A stretch of 52,179 nucleotides of DNA from Muribaculaceae bacterium (GTDB taxonomy: Bacteria > Bacillota > Clostridia > Oscillospirales > Acutalibacteraceae). The first letter of the stretch is position 1; every line of letters begins with the position of its first letter. Positions 18,997-27,047 of the stretch are shown piece by piece. The position numbers and the translations under genes are program-made. The DNA is taken from positions 1 to 52,179 of the forward strand of contig CAVFBE010000065.1 of NCBI GenBank assembly GCA_963620745.1. Reading direction: 5' to 3'. The notes beneath the pieces were generated by a model that saw only the letters and a list, made by a program, of their open reading frames with translations, did no database searches and was not told where the DNA came from.

Positions 18997-19437
18997 TCAG
19001 ACTGGTTTTACAATGAGCTTAATGCCCTCAATCCGAACAATTTCTGCTTTGGCACCGGCTGGGATGGAAGGGAAATCCGGATTTTCCAGGCGGGCTTCCC
19101 AATCTACGTCATTCATAATAACGGAGCCGGTATCGGTACGGACTTCCTTGGTAACCAGTACCTGTTGTCCAATGTAGGTATCCTTGTTGGTTGGTGTGTT
19201 TGCACCGCTTTTTAACTTCTTAACCAATGGCTTGGTTAAGGCTAACGTAATTGCGGTAACAGCAACAAAGGACACAATTTCTGCTACAAGGGACTGGTCA
19301 TGGGTAACCAATGCGGCAACCCCGCCGGCAAGCGCGCCGACAGCAAACCAGATAGAAACCAGTTGTACCGTACAAAGTTCCACAACGGCAAAGAGCAAAA
19401 ATAAGGCAAGCCAAACCATCCAATGAGCGAAAGGCAT
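18997..19437 (-). CDS. NfeD-family membrane protein
   Basis: 146 aa with three N-terminal TM helices. The C-terminal OB-fold-like segment reads GQQVLVTKEVRTDTGSVIMNDVDWEARLE...AEIVRIEGIKLIVKPV. RBS GGAGGAAG. Confidence 0.8.
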   Translation of the reverse strand: MPFAHWMVWLALFLLFAVVELCTVQLVSIWFAVGALAGGVAALVTHDQSLVAEIVSFVAVTAITLALTKPLVKKLKSGANTPTNKDTYIGQQVLVTKEVRTDTGSVIMNDVDWEARLENPDFPSIPAGAKAEIVRIEGIKLIVKPV

Positions 19438-19545
19438 ACAGCTTCCTCCTCTCAGTCACAATATAATTTAGGTTTTCACATTTAAATATACTTCAAAACA
19501 TGTTACTATATCAACGTCAGAAATGCTTATCGAGGAGATTTTTAA

Positions 19546-20301
19546 ATGAAAGATTTCAAAGATCAGCTGAATCGCGCACAGACCATAGCGGACGAAGGAA
19601 ATAGTAAAAGGGGAAGTTACTATAATAAGCCGGCCATTGCCGTAGTTACCGCTATCTGCCTCGTGATTTTAGCCATGGTTATTGTCATGCTGGTCATTTT
19701 CGGGAAGGCGTGTAACACCGCTGCGGACGTCCTGTTAGATGACAGCAGTAACAGCACCTATGCCAACAATCTTTACTCCGGTCAGTACAGCGGATACTCC
19801 GGAACTTACCAGACAACAGAGGCGCAAACGGAAAAGACCAATGCGGCTCCGGCAGACTTCTCTTATGGCGTGGTTGCCGGCACCAATTATGAAAGCTCCT
19901 TTTCCGGTTTAAAGTTTTATGGACCCAGCGGATGGATTTTACAGGATCATTCCGCATTAGGCAGCAGTTCCAACGGAACCCTTTATGACATGGCGGCACA
20001 AAGCGCAGACGGAGAAACCAGTGTGGCCGTACTGTATTATCCGTTGAACAGCAAATACAAATCTGCCCCTGCCATGCTGAAGGCCATGCAGGCCAACACA
20101 GACGGTACCATTCTGAATGACAGCGTTTCCATTCGGAAGGGCGGAAATAGCTTTACCGGGTACATTTACTCTAACAATGAAAGTGGTACCACTACGTACA
20201 GTGAAGTTATTGGTACAGAAGTAGATGGCTATATCCTGTTAATCCAGGCTAAGGCAATGTCATCCAATGAATTGTCTGCAGCCATTGCTTATTTCAGATA
20301 A
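19546..20301 (+). CDS. Hypothetical single-pass membrane protein with an extracytoplasmic alpha/beta domain (paralogue of the next gene)
   Basis: 251 aa. RBS GAGGAG, TM helix AIAVVTAICLVILAMVIVMLVIF, and the domain motif NYESSFSGLKFYGPSGW. Confidence 0.6.
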   Translation: MKDFKDQLNRAQTIADEGNSKRGSYYNKPAIAVVTAICLVILAMVIVMLVIFGKACNTAADVLLDDSSNSTYANNLYSGQYSGYSGTYQTTEAQTEKTNAAPADFSYGVVAGTNYESSFSGLKFYGPSGWILQDHSALGSSSNGTLYDMAAQSADGETSVAVLYYPLNSKYKSAPAMLKAMQANTDGTILNDSVSIRKGGNSFTGYIYSNNESGTTTYSEVIGTEVDGYILLIQAKAMSSNELSAAIAYFR

Positions 20302-20342
20302 GTCTTTAAACCCCTTTTGCAGAAGAAGCGGAGGACACTTCT

Positions 20343-21317
20343 TTGAAAATTTGTAATTACTGCGGAACCGGAATGGACAACCGGGCACACAAATGTCCTT
20401 TCTGCGGACAGGATATGACCGTTCGCGGCGCCATCAAATATGAAGATAATCTGCCTTTCAACGGGTCTTTGGATGTTTATTCCACTAAGCACCTGCGGAA
20501 GGACCCGGCTGTAGAAGATAAGAACAGCTGGCTTACTGCGCTTTCTGCAAAAAAAACGCAGTATAAGAAAAGTACAGACTCCAGTGCTGCTTATGCAGAA
20601 GGAGAGCGGATGCAGGAGAAATATGCTGCATCGCAAAAAGAAAAACAACAGGAAAAACAAAAACCACGCCCAAAACGGCAAAACAAAAAATCGGCCAAGC
20701 GGAGCGGAATCATTGCCGCCGTCGTTGCCTTCTTTGTTACCGTTTCCATTATGATGGCGGTTTGTGCCGACACCGATAACCCGGATTGGGATCTGGACAG
20801 CCCGTTTTTCTACAACAATGAAATCATGTATTCCGGATCGCTGACAGACAATGCGTACAGCAATACCGAATATGGGCTGGCAATTACGTTGCCATCCGAC
20901 TGGACCATGTCGGTGCCGGATCTGCCGTCACAGGATGCCATTTGTTATACTGATTTGAACGGCAATAACGCAGACTCTACCGTTCAGGTAACGTATGCGG
21001 CAGAAAGCGTAGATTTCATATATGAATCGGATTATGAAGCGGACGGGTCACCTGCCGTTTATGACAGTGCCTATTCGTATCTGGTCTCGGAGAAGGCAGA
21101 GCTGGATGCCACCGGCAATTACGCCACCATGGAAGTGGAAACGGCGCAGTTGAATGGGAAAACGCTCTATCTGCTGCATTATTCTACGGGAACCCAGTAC
21201 TTTGTTCAGGTGGCGGCGGAAACCAGCGTGACCGACATTTACGTTGTAATTGAATTCAGCAGCAGTAATTTCTACGTCATTAACGAACTTCTTTCGCACA
21301 TTTCTTTTACCAATTAA
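20343..21317 (+). CDS. Zinc-ribbon domain-containing single-pass membrane protein (paralogous ectodomain)
   Basis: 324 aa with a TTG start behind GGAGGA. N-terminal CNYCG...CPFCG zinc ribbon, K/Q-rich linker, TM helix GIIAAVVAFFVTVSIMMAVCA, and ectodomain motif NTEYGLAITLPSDW. Confidence 0.65.
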   Translation: MKICNYCGTGMDNRAHKCPFCGQDMTVRGAIKYEDNLPFNGSLDVYSTKHLRKDPAVEDKNSWLTALSAKKTQYKKSTDSSAAYAEGERMQEKYAASQKEKQQEKQKPRPKRQNKKSAKRSGIIAAVVAFFVTVSIMMAVCADTDNPDWDLDSPFFYNNEIMYSGSLTDNAYSNTEYGLAITLPSDWTMSVPDLPSQDAICYTDLNGNNADSTVQVTYAAESVDFIYESDYEADGSPAVYDSAYSYLVSEKAELDATGNYATMEVETAQLNGKTLYLLHYSTGTQYFVQVAAETSVTDIYVVIEFSSSNFYVINELLSHISFTN

Positions 21318-21340
21318 TTCAGCCTATTTAGGAGGAACTC

Positions 21341-21847
21341 ATGTCAATACAGGAAGAACTGATTGCAGGTCTTCAGGAAAAGGCACCCAGTGCCAAAGTG
21401 TATCAAAACATCAGCCTGGACGCCAAACGGGGAAAGGGCCGCAAAGCCGATCTTCTGATTCTGCACAAAACCGGCGTATATCCGGTTTTCCTACGGGAAT
21501 ATGACGGCATGCTGTACGCAGAAGAAGACAAGCGTTACTGGATTCTCCGGACCAACGCAGGAGAAGGGGACTACTTTGAAAATCCCATCCTGGAAGCAAC
21601 AAAAGCCGCCGAATCTTTGGCGTTGAAGTGCCGTAGCGCAGCAGAGTTTATTCAGCCCGTCGTCATTTACGGTGAAGCCACCAAAATAGTGGAGCTGAAG
21701 CGCACCAAGGATCAGGTCATGTTCTGCGGCAAGGATTATTTCCTGGCTACCATGATGTGCAAGGAATATGAAGAAGAACTGATTGGTCCTGCCATGCGGG
21801 ACACCCTGATAAAGCAGTTTACCATGCTGCAAATGTTGTCAAAATAA
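21341..21847 (+). CDS. NERD (nuclease-related domain)-like protein, stand-alone
   Basis: 168 aa behind AGGAGG. The layout VYQNISL...KADLLILHKTGVYPVFLREYDG...W...ENPILEA...QPVVIYG follows the NERD domain pattern. Confidence 0.55.
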   Translation: MSIQEELIAGLQEKAPSAKVYQNISLDAKRGKGRKADLLILHKTGVYPVFLREYDGMLYAEEDKRYWILRTNAGEGDYFENPILEATKAAESLALKCRSAAEFIQPVVIYGEATKIVELKRTKDQVMFCGKDYFLATMMCKEYEEELIGPAMRDTLIKQFTMLQMLSK

Positions 21848-21855
21848 AGGAATAA

Positions 21856-21891
21856 CCCCGGTTGCCGGCACAGTAGGCAATCGGGGCTTTT
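21856..21891. terminator. Bidirectional terminator between convergent genes
   Basis: Nested stem CCCCG-GTTGCC...GGCAAT-CGGGG followed by CTTTT. Confidence 0.6.
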
Positions 21892-21923
21892 CTGTTGATT
21901 CTTTAGAACTTTTTCCAGGCGAG

Positions 21924-22511
21924 TCAGCTTTTGGCCCTGCCTGCAGCATTCTTTAAGAAAGAGTTTTTTAGGTCCTGCCGCCGCAGCTTCCGTAGGTACC
22001 GGAATCCGGCAGCTTCTCCCTGTTCGGCAAAAAGAGTCAGGATTTCTTTTAAACTGGCCTCTGTTTCTGGATGCATTAACTGGGAGTAGTTATGCCGGTT
22101 GGCATATTCCAAGGCGGAGGAGTCTTTATAATTTTCACCAAGATAGGTTTTGCACGCAGCCAGGCGGTCACAGATCATTTCAATCAGGTATTTGGTAGGC
22201 ATTTTGACCGGAACCATGGTGTACCCGTTCGGACTGTTGTCAAACCAGTATTCAAAGTGATGTTTGTTTTTGCCTTTGTGGTGAATCCAGGCGTAGGAAA
22301 CGCCTTTCTTTTTTCGTTCCACAACATTGGGACTGAAGGTTCCCTGATAGTATTTGGCACCCACTAAAAATTCCGTAGGAGAGTACTTGGATAAATCATG
22401 TACCAGACCCTGCAATGGAATGCCTGCGCGGAAGCAATGGTACATGACCAGGTGACGGTGATGGGTGATGGTGCGGAAGTGGTGATAAGCATTTGACAAA
22501 TACGGTTGCAA
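21924..22511 (-). CDS. DUF5662-family protein (His-rich, putative metal-dependent)
   Basis: 195 aa with a TTG start. The string HFRTITHHRHLVMYHCFRAGIPLQGLVHDLSKYSPTEF...YAWIHHKGKNKHHFEYW is characteristic of this family (recalled from memory). Confidence 0.6.
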   Translation of the reverse strand: MQPYLSNAYHHFRTITHHRHLVMYHCFRAGIPLQGLVHDLSKYSPTEFLVGAKYYQGTFSPNVVERKKKGVSYAWIHHKGKNKHHFEYWFDNSPNGYTMVPVKMPTKYLIEMICDRLAACKTYLGENYKDSSALEYANRHNYSQLMHPETEASLKEILTLFAEQGEAAGFRYLRKLRRQDLKNSFLKNAAGRAKS

Positions 22512-22578
22512 TGCAGGTTCCTTCTTTCTAATTCAATGGATTTATTGTATCATATTTTGGGAAAGGAGGACGTCAAAC

Positions 22579-23670
22579 ATGGAATGTTATCCGATTGTTT
22601 TCGTCCACGGATTTAATAATATGGGGGAAACCTTTGCCCCGGCTGCCACCTACTTAAACGGCCTTGGATATGAGGCCTATGCACCACATATTGCACCGTT
22701 CACCAGTGCCTGGGATCGAGCCTGTGACTTATATGCCATGCTGTTTGGCGGTACGGCTGACTACGGGAAAGCCCATTCTAAAAAAGGAAGACATAAGCGG
22801 TATGGACTGCACTATGACGGCATTTTGCCGGATCTGGGGCAGCCGGGTGCGCATGAAAAAGTAAACCTGGTAGGCCACAGCTTTGGCGGGGAAACCATCC
22901 GCGTATTACTGCATCTGCTGGCTTATGGAGACGAAAAGGAACGTGCCGTTACCAAGGAAGAGGACCTGTCTCCGCTGTTCCTTGGGGGCCAGGAGCAGTT
23001 AATTAATTGTATTTACTGTCTTGCGTCTCCGTTAAACGGAACCACGCTTTGCACGGACCTGGACCGAATGACACGTCTGTTGTCCTTTGGCCAATTAAAA
23101 AAAGCCAATCAGCTTAGCGGCAGCGGTGACCCCTATGCCGCAGTTATGTTAATGGATCAGTTTGGCTTTACTTCAGCTGAAAAGAAGCACATTTACAAAC
23201 CGCTTTCCATTCTGCGGTTCCTGTTCTCTAAAGACAGCTGTTACGGAGATTTAAGTCTACAGGGCGCAGCAAAATGGAATGCCATTCTTGACACTGTGGA
23301 TTCCGTGTATTATTTCTCGCAACCGGCAGACATCAGCGCCAAAAAAGGACTGCTGACAGTTCCGGCCGAAGGCGTCCTGGACCGGTACAAGATTTCAGTA
23401 TCCTTTATGGGCCTGGTACACGCACGGCAGGGCAAAGCCTGGGCCGCCAGTGACGGGCGCGTTAACACCATTTCGGAAACAGCTCCCTTTGATGAGCCCC
23501 AGGTGGATTACACAGACTCTATGACCCTGCAAAAGGGAATCTGGCATGTTATGCCAACACAGCCGGTTAACCACACCTTTTATGAAGGCGAGGAAGTGCC
23601 AACGGAAAAGTTTGAAGCTTTTTATCGGGAATTAGGAGCTCTTTTGGAGCGGATTTCCGGTACAGAATAA
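22579..23670 (+). CDS. Lipase-family alpha/beta hydrolase (Staphylococcus/Geobacillus-type), no signal peptide
   Basis: 363 aa behind AAGGAGG. Oxyanion region PIVFVHGF, WDRACDLYAML...DYGKAHS...RYG, and nucleophile elbow GHSFGG. Confidence 0.8.
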   Translation: MECYPIVFVHGFNNMGETFAPAATYLNGLGYEAYAPHIAPFTSAWDRACDLYAMLFGGTADYGKAHSKKGRHKRYGLHYDGILPDLGQPGAHEKVNLVGHSFGGETIRVLLHLLAYGDEKERAVTKEEDLSPLFLGGQEQLINCIYCLASPLNGTTLCTDLDRMTRLLSFGQLKKANQLSGSGDPYAAVMLMDQFGFTSAEKKHIYKPLSILRFLFSKDSCYGDLSLQGAAKWNAILDTVDSVYYFSQPADISAKKGLLTVPAEGVLDRYKISVSFMGLVHARQGKAWAASDGRVNTISETAPFDEPQVDYTDSMTLQKGIWHVMPTQPVNHTFYEGEEVPTEKFEAFYRELGALLERISGTE

Positions 23671-23685
23671 AGGAGGATTTTGTCT

Positions 23686-26079
23686 TTGTTTAATCGGATT
23701 TATTTGAACGACGACTGGACCTATTACCGGGCAGACCAACCGGAAGCACGGAGTACTGTACGGCTGCCACATACCAATGTGGAATTACCGTACAACTATT
23801 TTGATGAAAAGTTGTACCAGTTTGTCAGCGTATATGAGCGGAGTTTCTTCCTGCCGGAGGAATATGCCGAAAAGCTGTGCTTCCTTCGCTTTGAAGGAGC
23901 AGGGCACATGGCGCAGGTATACATTAACGGAACCCTGGCAGAAAACCATTACTGCGGATATACCGAATTTAAAGTACCGCTGAATCAGTTTGCTAACTTT
24001 GGCGATGACAATACCGTAAAGGTTGTTCTGGATGCCCGGGAAAGCTTAAATGAGCCACCGTTTGGCCATGTTATTGACTATTTAACCTATGGCGGACTGT
24101 ATCGGGAAGTTTCTTTGGAAGTTTATGAAAAGAACTACATCGCCGATGTGTTTGTCAAGTGCAGAACGGTGGGGACTTCCACCAAAACCCTGGAAGTGGA
24201 AACAACCGTTCATGCGGACAATCTTGCCATTCGTCCGTTCCGGTTGACCTATGCCATTTATGACGGGGAAACCTGTATCCAGACCTATTCTGTAGAGCAT
24301 GTGGAAGAAGTCAATACCAACACGCTTTATTGTGCCGGTCTGGAAAATTGGGATGTGGATCATCCAAAACTGTATGAATTGCACGTCAGACTGACGGAAG
24401 GACAGGAGGGCGGTACCTCCTGGGATTTCCACAAGGTAACCTTCGGCTGCCGTACCGTGGACTTCCGTGCAGACGGATTCTATCTGAACGGAAAGAAGTT
24501 GAAAATCCGCGGCTTGAACCGGCATCAGTCCTATCCTTATGTCGGGTACGCCATGCCGAAATCCGTGCAGGAAAATGATGTTCATATTTTGAAGAACGAA
24601 CTGGGTCTGAATGCCGTTCGGACCTCCCATTATCCGCAGTCACAGTACTTCCTTGACGAATGTGACAGAGCCGGTTTGCTGGTCTTCACGGAAGCTCCCG
24701 GTTGGCAGCACATTGGCAATGACGCATGGAAGAAAAAGCATTTGCAGAACGTAAAAGACATGGTTCTGCAGAATCGGAACCATCCGTCCATTGTACTGTG
24801 GGGTGTGCGCATTAACGAAAGCCAGGATGACAATGAGCTGTACCGGAAAGCCAATGCAGTAGCTCATCAGTATGATGATACCCGTCCTACTTCCGGTGTT
24901 CGTTTTATGCAGCTCAGCAATCTGCTGGAAGACGTATATTCCTATAATGACTTCAGCCATACCGGTGAAAATGCCGGTGCGCAGAAGAAATGGATGGTAA
25001 CCGGTCGTCCGAATGCACCATATTTAATTTCGGAATATAACGGACACATGTATCCAACCAAGTCCTTTGATGATGAAGCACACCGCTTACAGCATGCACT
25101 GCGTCATGCCAATGTAGTCAATGCCGCCGCGGCTCCGGATAACGGAATCTCCGGCAGCTTTGGCTGGTGTATGGCTGACTACAATACCCATAAGGATTTC
25201 GGCTCCGGAGACAAAATCTGTTATCACGGGGTACTGGACATGTTCCGGAATCCGAAGATGGCGGCGGCTCTGTATGCTTCGCAGGCAGAGGATACCAATG
25301 TCCTGGAAATCAGCTCTTCCATGGATATCGGCGAATGGCCGGCCGGCAAGCTGGGTGACGTCTTTGTGTTCACCAACGCCGACTACGTCAACCTGTATAA
25401 AAACGGGGACTTTGTCCGTCGCTTTTATCCGGATACGGAAACCTGGCCGAACTTAAAGCATGCTCCCATCCGGATTGATGACCTGATTGGGGAATTACTG
25501 GAAAACAAAGAGGGCATGAGCCCCGAAGGCTCGCTTGCGTTCCGCAAGGCGGTCAAGGGCTTCATGGCTGACGGCGTTGGCGGCGTTTTAAAGCCGAACC
25601 TTCTTGCCGGCCTGGCCAAGACCTTTGTCAAAGACAAGCTGTCCGTAGAAAAGGTCTTTGACCTGGTTTACACATATGTAACCAACTGGGGTTCCGATGC
25701 CACCATTTACCGCTTTGACGCAGTCAAGAAGGGCCAGGTAGTCAACAGCATTACCAAGGCACCAATGAACGAAGTGGTTTTGAACGTAAAAGTAGACCAC
25801 ACCAATCTGTGTGAAACTTCGTCTTACGATGTAGCCTGTGTTCGCATTGAAGCTGTTTCCAAAGAAGGAAACCATCTCTTCTATCTGAATGATCCTGTTA
25901 TGCTGAACGCAACTGGCTGTCTGGAACTGATTGGGCCGTCCTGTGTACCGCTGCGTGGCGGTTATGCCGGAACCTATGTAAAGACAACCGGAAAAGCAGG
26001 AGAAGGGAAACTGGTAATCTCTTCTGAGCGTACGGATTCGATTACCATTCCGTTTACGGTGGGAGTAGAGGAATACTAA
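23686..26079 (+). CDS. Glycoside hydrolase family 2 protein (beta-galactosidase-like)
   Basis: GH2 sugar-binding, Ig-like and TIM-barrel order. Motifs NRHQSYPYVGYAMP and acid/base region NHPSIVLWGVRINES. The start is TTG at 23686 (9 nt after AGGAGG) or TTG at 23680 (3 nt after). Confidence 0.85.
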   Translation: MFNRIYLNDDWTYYRADQPEARSTVRLPHTNVELPYNYFDEKLYQFVSVYERSFFLPEEYAEKLCFLRFEGAGHMAQVYINGTLAENHYCGYTEFKVPLNQFANFGDDNTVKVVLDARESLNEPPFGHVIDYLTYGGLYREVSLEVYEKNYIADVFVKCRTVGTSTKTLEVETTVHADNLAIRPFRLTYAIYDGETCIQTYSVEHVEEVNTNTLYCAGLENWDVDHPKLYELHVRLTEGQEGGTSWDFHKVTFGCRTVDFRADGFYLNGKKLKIRGLNRHQSYPYVGYAMPKSVQENDVHILKNELGLNAVRTSHYPQSQYFLDECDRAGLLVFTEAPGWQHIGNDAWKKKHLQNVKDMVLQNRNHPSIVLWGVRINESQDDNELYRKANAVAHQYDDTRPTSGVRFMQLSNLLEDVYSYNDFSHTGENAGAQKKWMVTGRPNAPYLISEYNGHMYPTKSFDDEAHRLQHALRHANVVNAAAAPDNGISGSFGWCMADYNTHKDFGSGDKICYHGVLDMFRNPKMAAALYASQAEDTNVLEISSSMDIGEWPAGKLGDVFVFTNADYVNLYKNGDFVRRFYPDTETWPNLKHAPIRIDDLIGELLENKEGMSPEGSLAFRKAVKGFMADGVGGVLKPNLLAGLAKTFVKDKLSVEKVFDLVYTYVTNWGSDATIYRFDAVKKGQVVNSITKAPMNEVVLNVKVDHTNLCETSSYDVACVRIEAVSKEGNHLFYLNDPVMLNATGCLELIGPSCVPLRGGYAGTYVKTTGKAGEGKLVISSERTDSITIPFTVGVEEY

Positions 26080-26109
26080 GGATACCAAACACACAAAAGG
26101 AGTCTTTTC

Positions 26110-26574
26110 ATGAAGAATACCACTCTGATCTACTTGGAGCAGGACCAGAAATATCTGATGCTGCATCGCACAAAAAAGAAAAATGATGTAAATCATGACA
26201 AGTGGATTGGAGTGGGTGGAAAGATGGAGGAAAACGAAAGCCCCGAAGACGGTGCCATACGGGAAATTCTGGAAGAAACCGGATTGACGGTGCTACCGGA
26301 AGATTTACACTATCGGGGCTTGGTTACCTTTGTATCCGACCAGGCAGAAGGGGAGTACATGCACCTTTTTACGGCGCAGCAGTTTTCCGGAACGGTAAAG
26401 GAATGTAACGAAGGAGATCTTTGCTGGATCCCAAAGGAAAAGGTGCTTGCGCTGCCTACCTGGGAAGGGGACCGTCTGTTCCTGGAACGCATTGCCGGGC
26501 CGGATCCGTTCTTTGTCATGAAGCTTGTTTATGAAGGAGACCGTCTGGTTTTTTCCTCGGTAAAAAATGTTTAA
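26110..26574 (+). CDS. NUDIX hydrolase (MutT-like)
   Basis: 154 aa. Nudix box GVGGKMEENESPEDGAIREILEETGL. RBS AAGGAG. Confidence 0.85.
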   Translation: MKNTTLIYLEQDQKYLMLHRTKKKNDVNHDKWIGVGGKMEENESPEDGAIREILEETGLTVLPEDLHYRGLVTFVSDQAEGEYMHLFTAQQFSGTVKECNEGDLCWIPKEKVLALPTWEGDRLFLERIAGPDPFFVMKLVYEGDRLVFSSVKNV

Positions 26575-26604
26575 AAACTCTGCCTGAAAAACACAGAAAC
26601 TCCC

Positions 26605-26633
26605 TTGACATTACGGCTGTGGGTAGATATAAT
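26605..26633 (+). promoter_or_regulatory. Consensus sigma-A promoter of the tRNA operon
   Basis: TTGACA (26605-26610), 17-nt spacer, TATAAT (26628-26633). Perfect consensus. Confidence 0.7.
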
Positions 26634-26660
26634 ATCCAAGTGACTTGGGAGACCAATTGC

Positions 26661-26737
26661 GGACCATTAGCTCAGTTGGTTAGAGCAGCCGGCTCATAAC
26701 CGGTGGGTCCGGGGTTCGAGTCCCTGATGGTCCACCA
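26661..26737 (+). tRNA. tRNA with a CAU anticodon: elongator tRNA-Met or lysidine-dependent tRNA-Ile2 (not an initiator)
   Basis: Acceptor GGACCAT/ATGGTCC with a paired 1:72 position, and an anticodon arm GCCGG-CTCATAA-CCGGT that lacks the three G-C pairs of initiator tRNA. CCA is encoded. Confidence 0.85.
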
Positions 26738-26753
26738 TTTCTTACAGATATGT

Positions 26754-26829
26754 AGGGGTATAGCTCAGTTGGTAGAGCAGCGGTCTCCAAAACCGCGTGC
26801 CGAGGGTTCAAGTCCTTCTGCCCCTGCCA
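26754..26829 (+). tRNA. tRNA-Trp (anticodon CCA)
   Basis: Acceptor AGGGGTA/TGCCCCT, anticodon arm GCGGT-CTCCAAA-ACCGC, T-loop TTCAAGT, and a 3' GCCA. Confidence 0.9.
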
Positions 26830-26833
26830 ATTT

Positions 26834-26909
<76 letters not shown>

Positions 26910-26916
26910 TGAAAAA

Positions 26917-26945
26917 CACCGTTTCGGGAACGAAATGGTGTTTTT
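26917..26945 (+). terminator. Rho-independent terminator of the tRNA operon
   Basis: CACCGTTTCG-GGAA-CGAAATGGTG followed by TTTTT. Confidence 0.8.
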
Positions 26946-26999
26946 CCTTTTTGTATCGGTCTCAGGGACAGGACCACAAATAGATAAGAAAAATAGACA

Positions 27000-27034
27000 A
27001 GATAAAAGCCTGTTGCAGAAAATGCAACAGGCTT
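27000..27034 (-). terminator. Rho-independent terminator of the SorC-family regulator gene
   Basis: AAGCCTGTTGCA-GAAAA-TGCAACAGGCTT, a 12-bp perfect stem. On the minus strand it is followed by TTTTATCTT. Confidence 0.75.
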
Positions 27035-27047
27035 ATGCTTATGGTAT

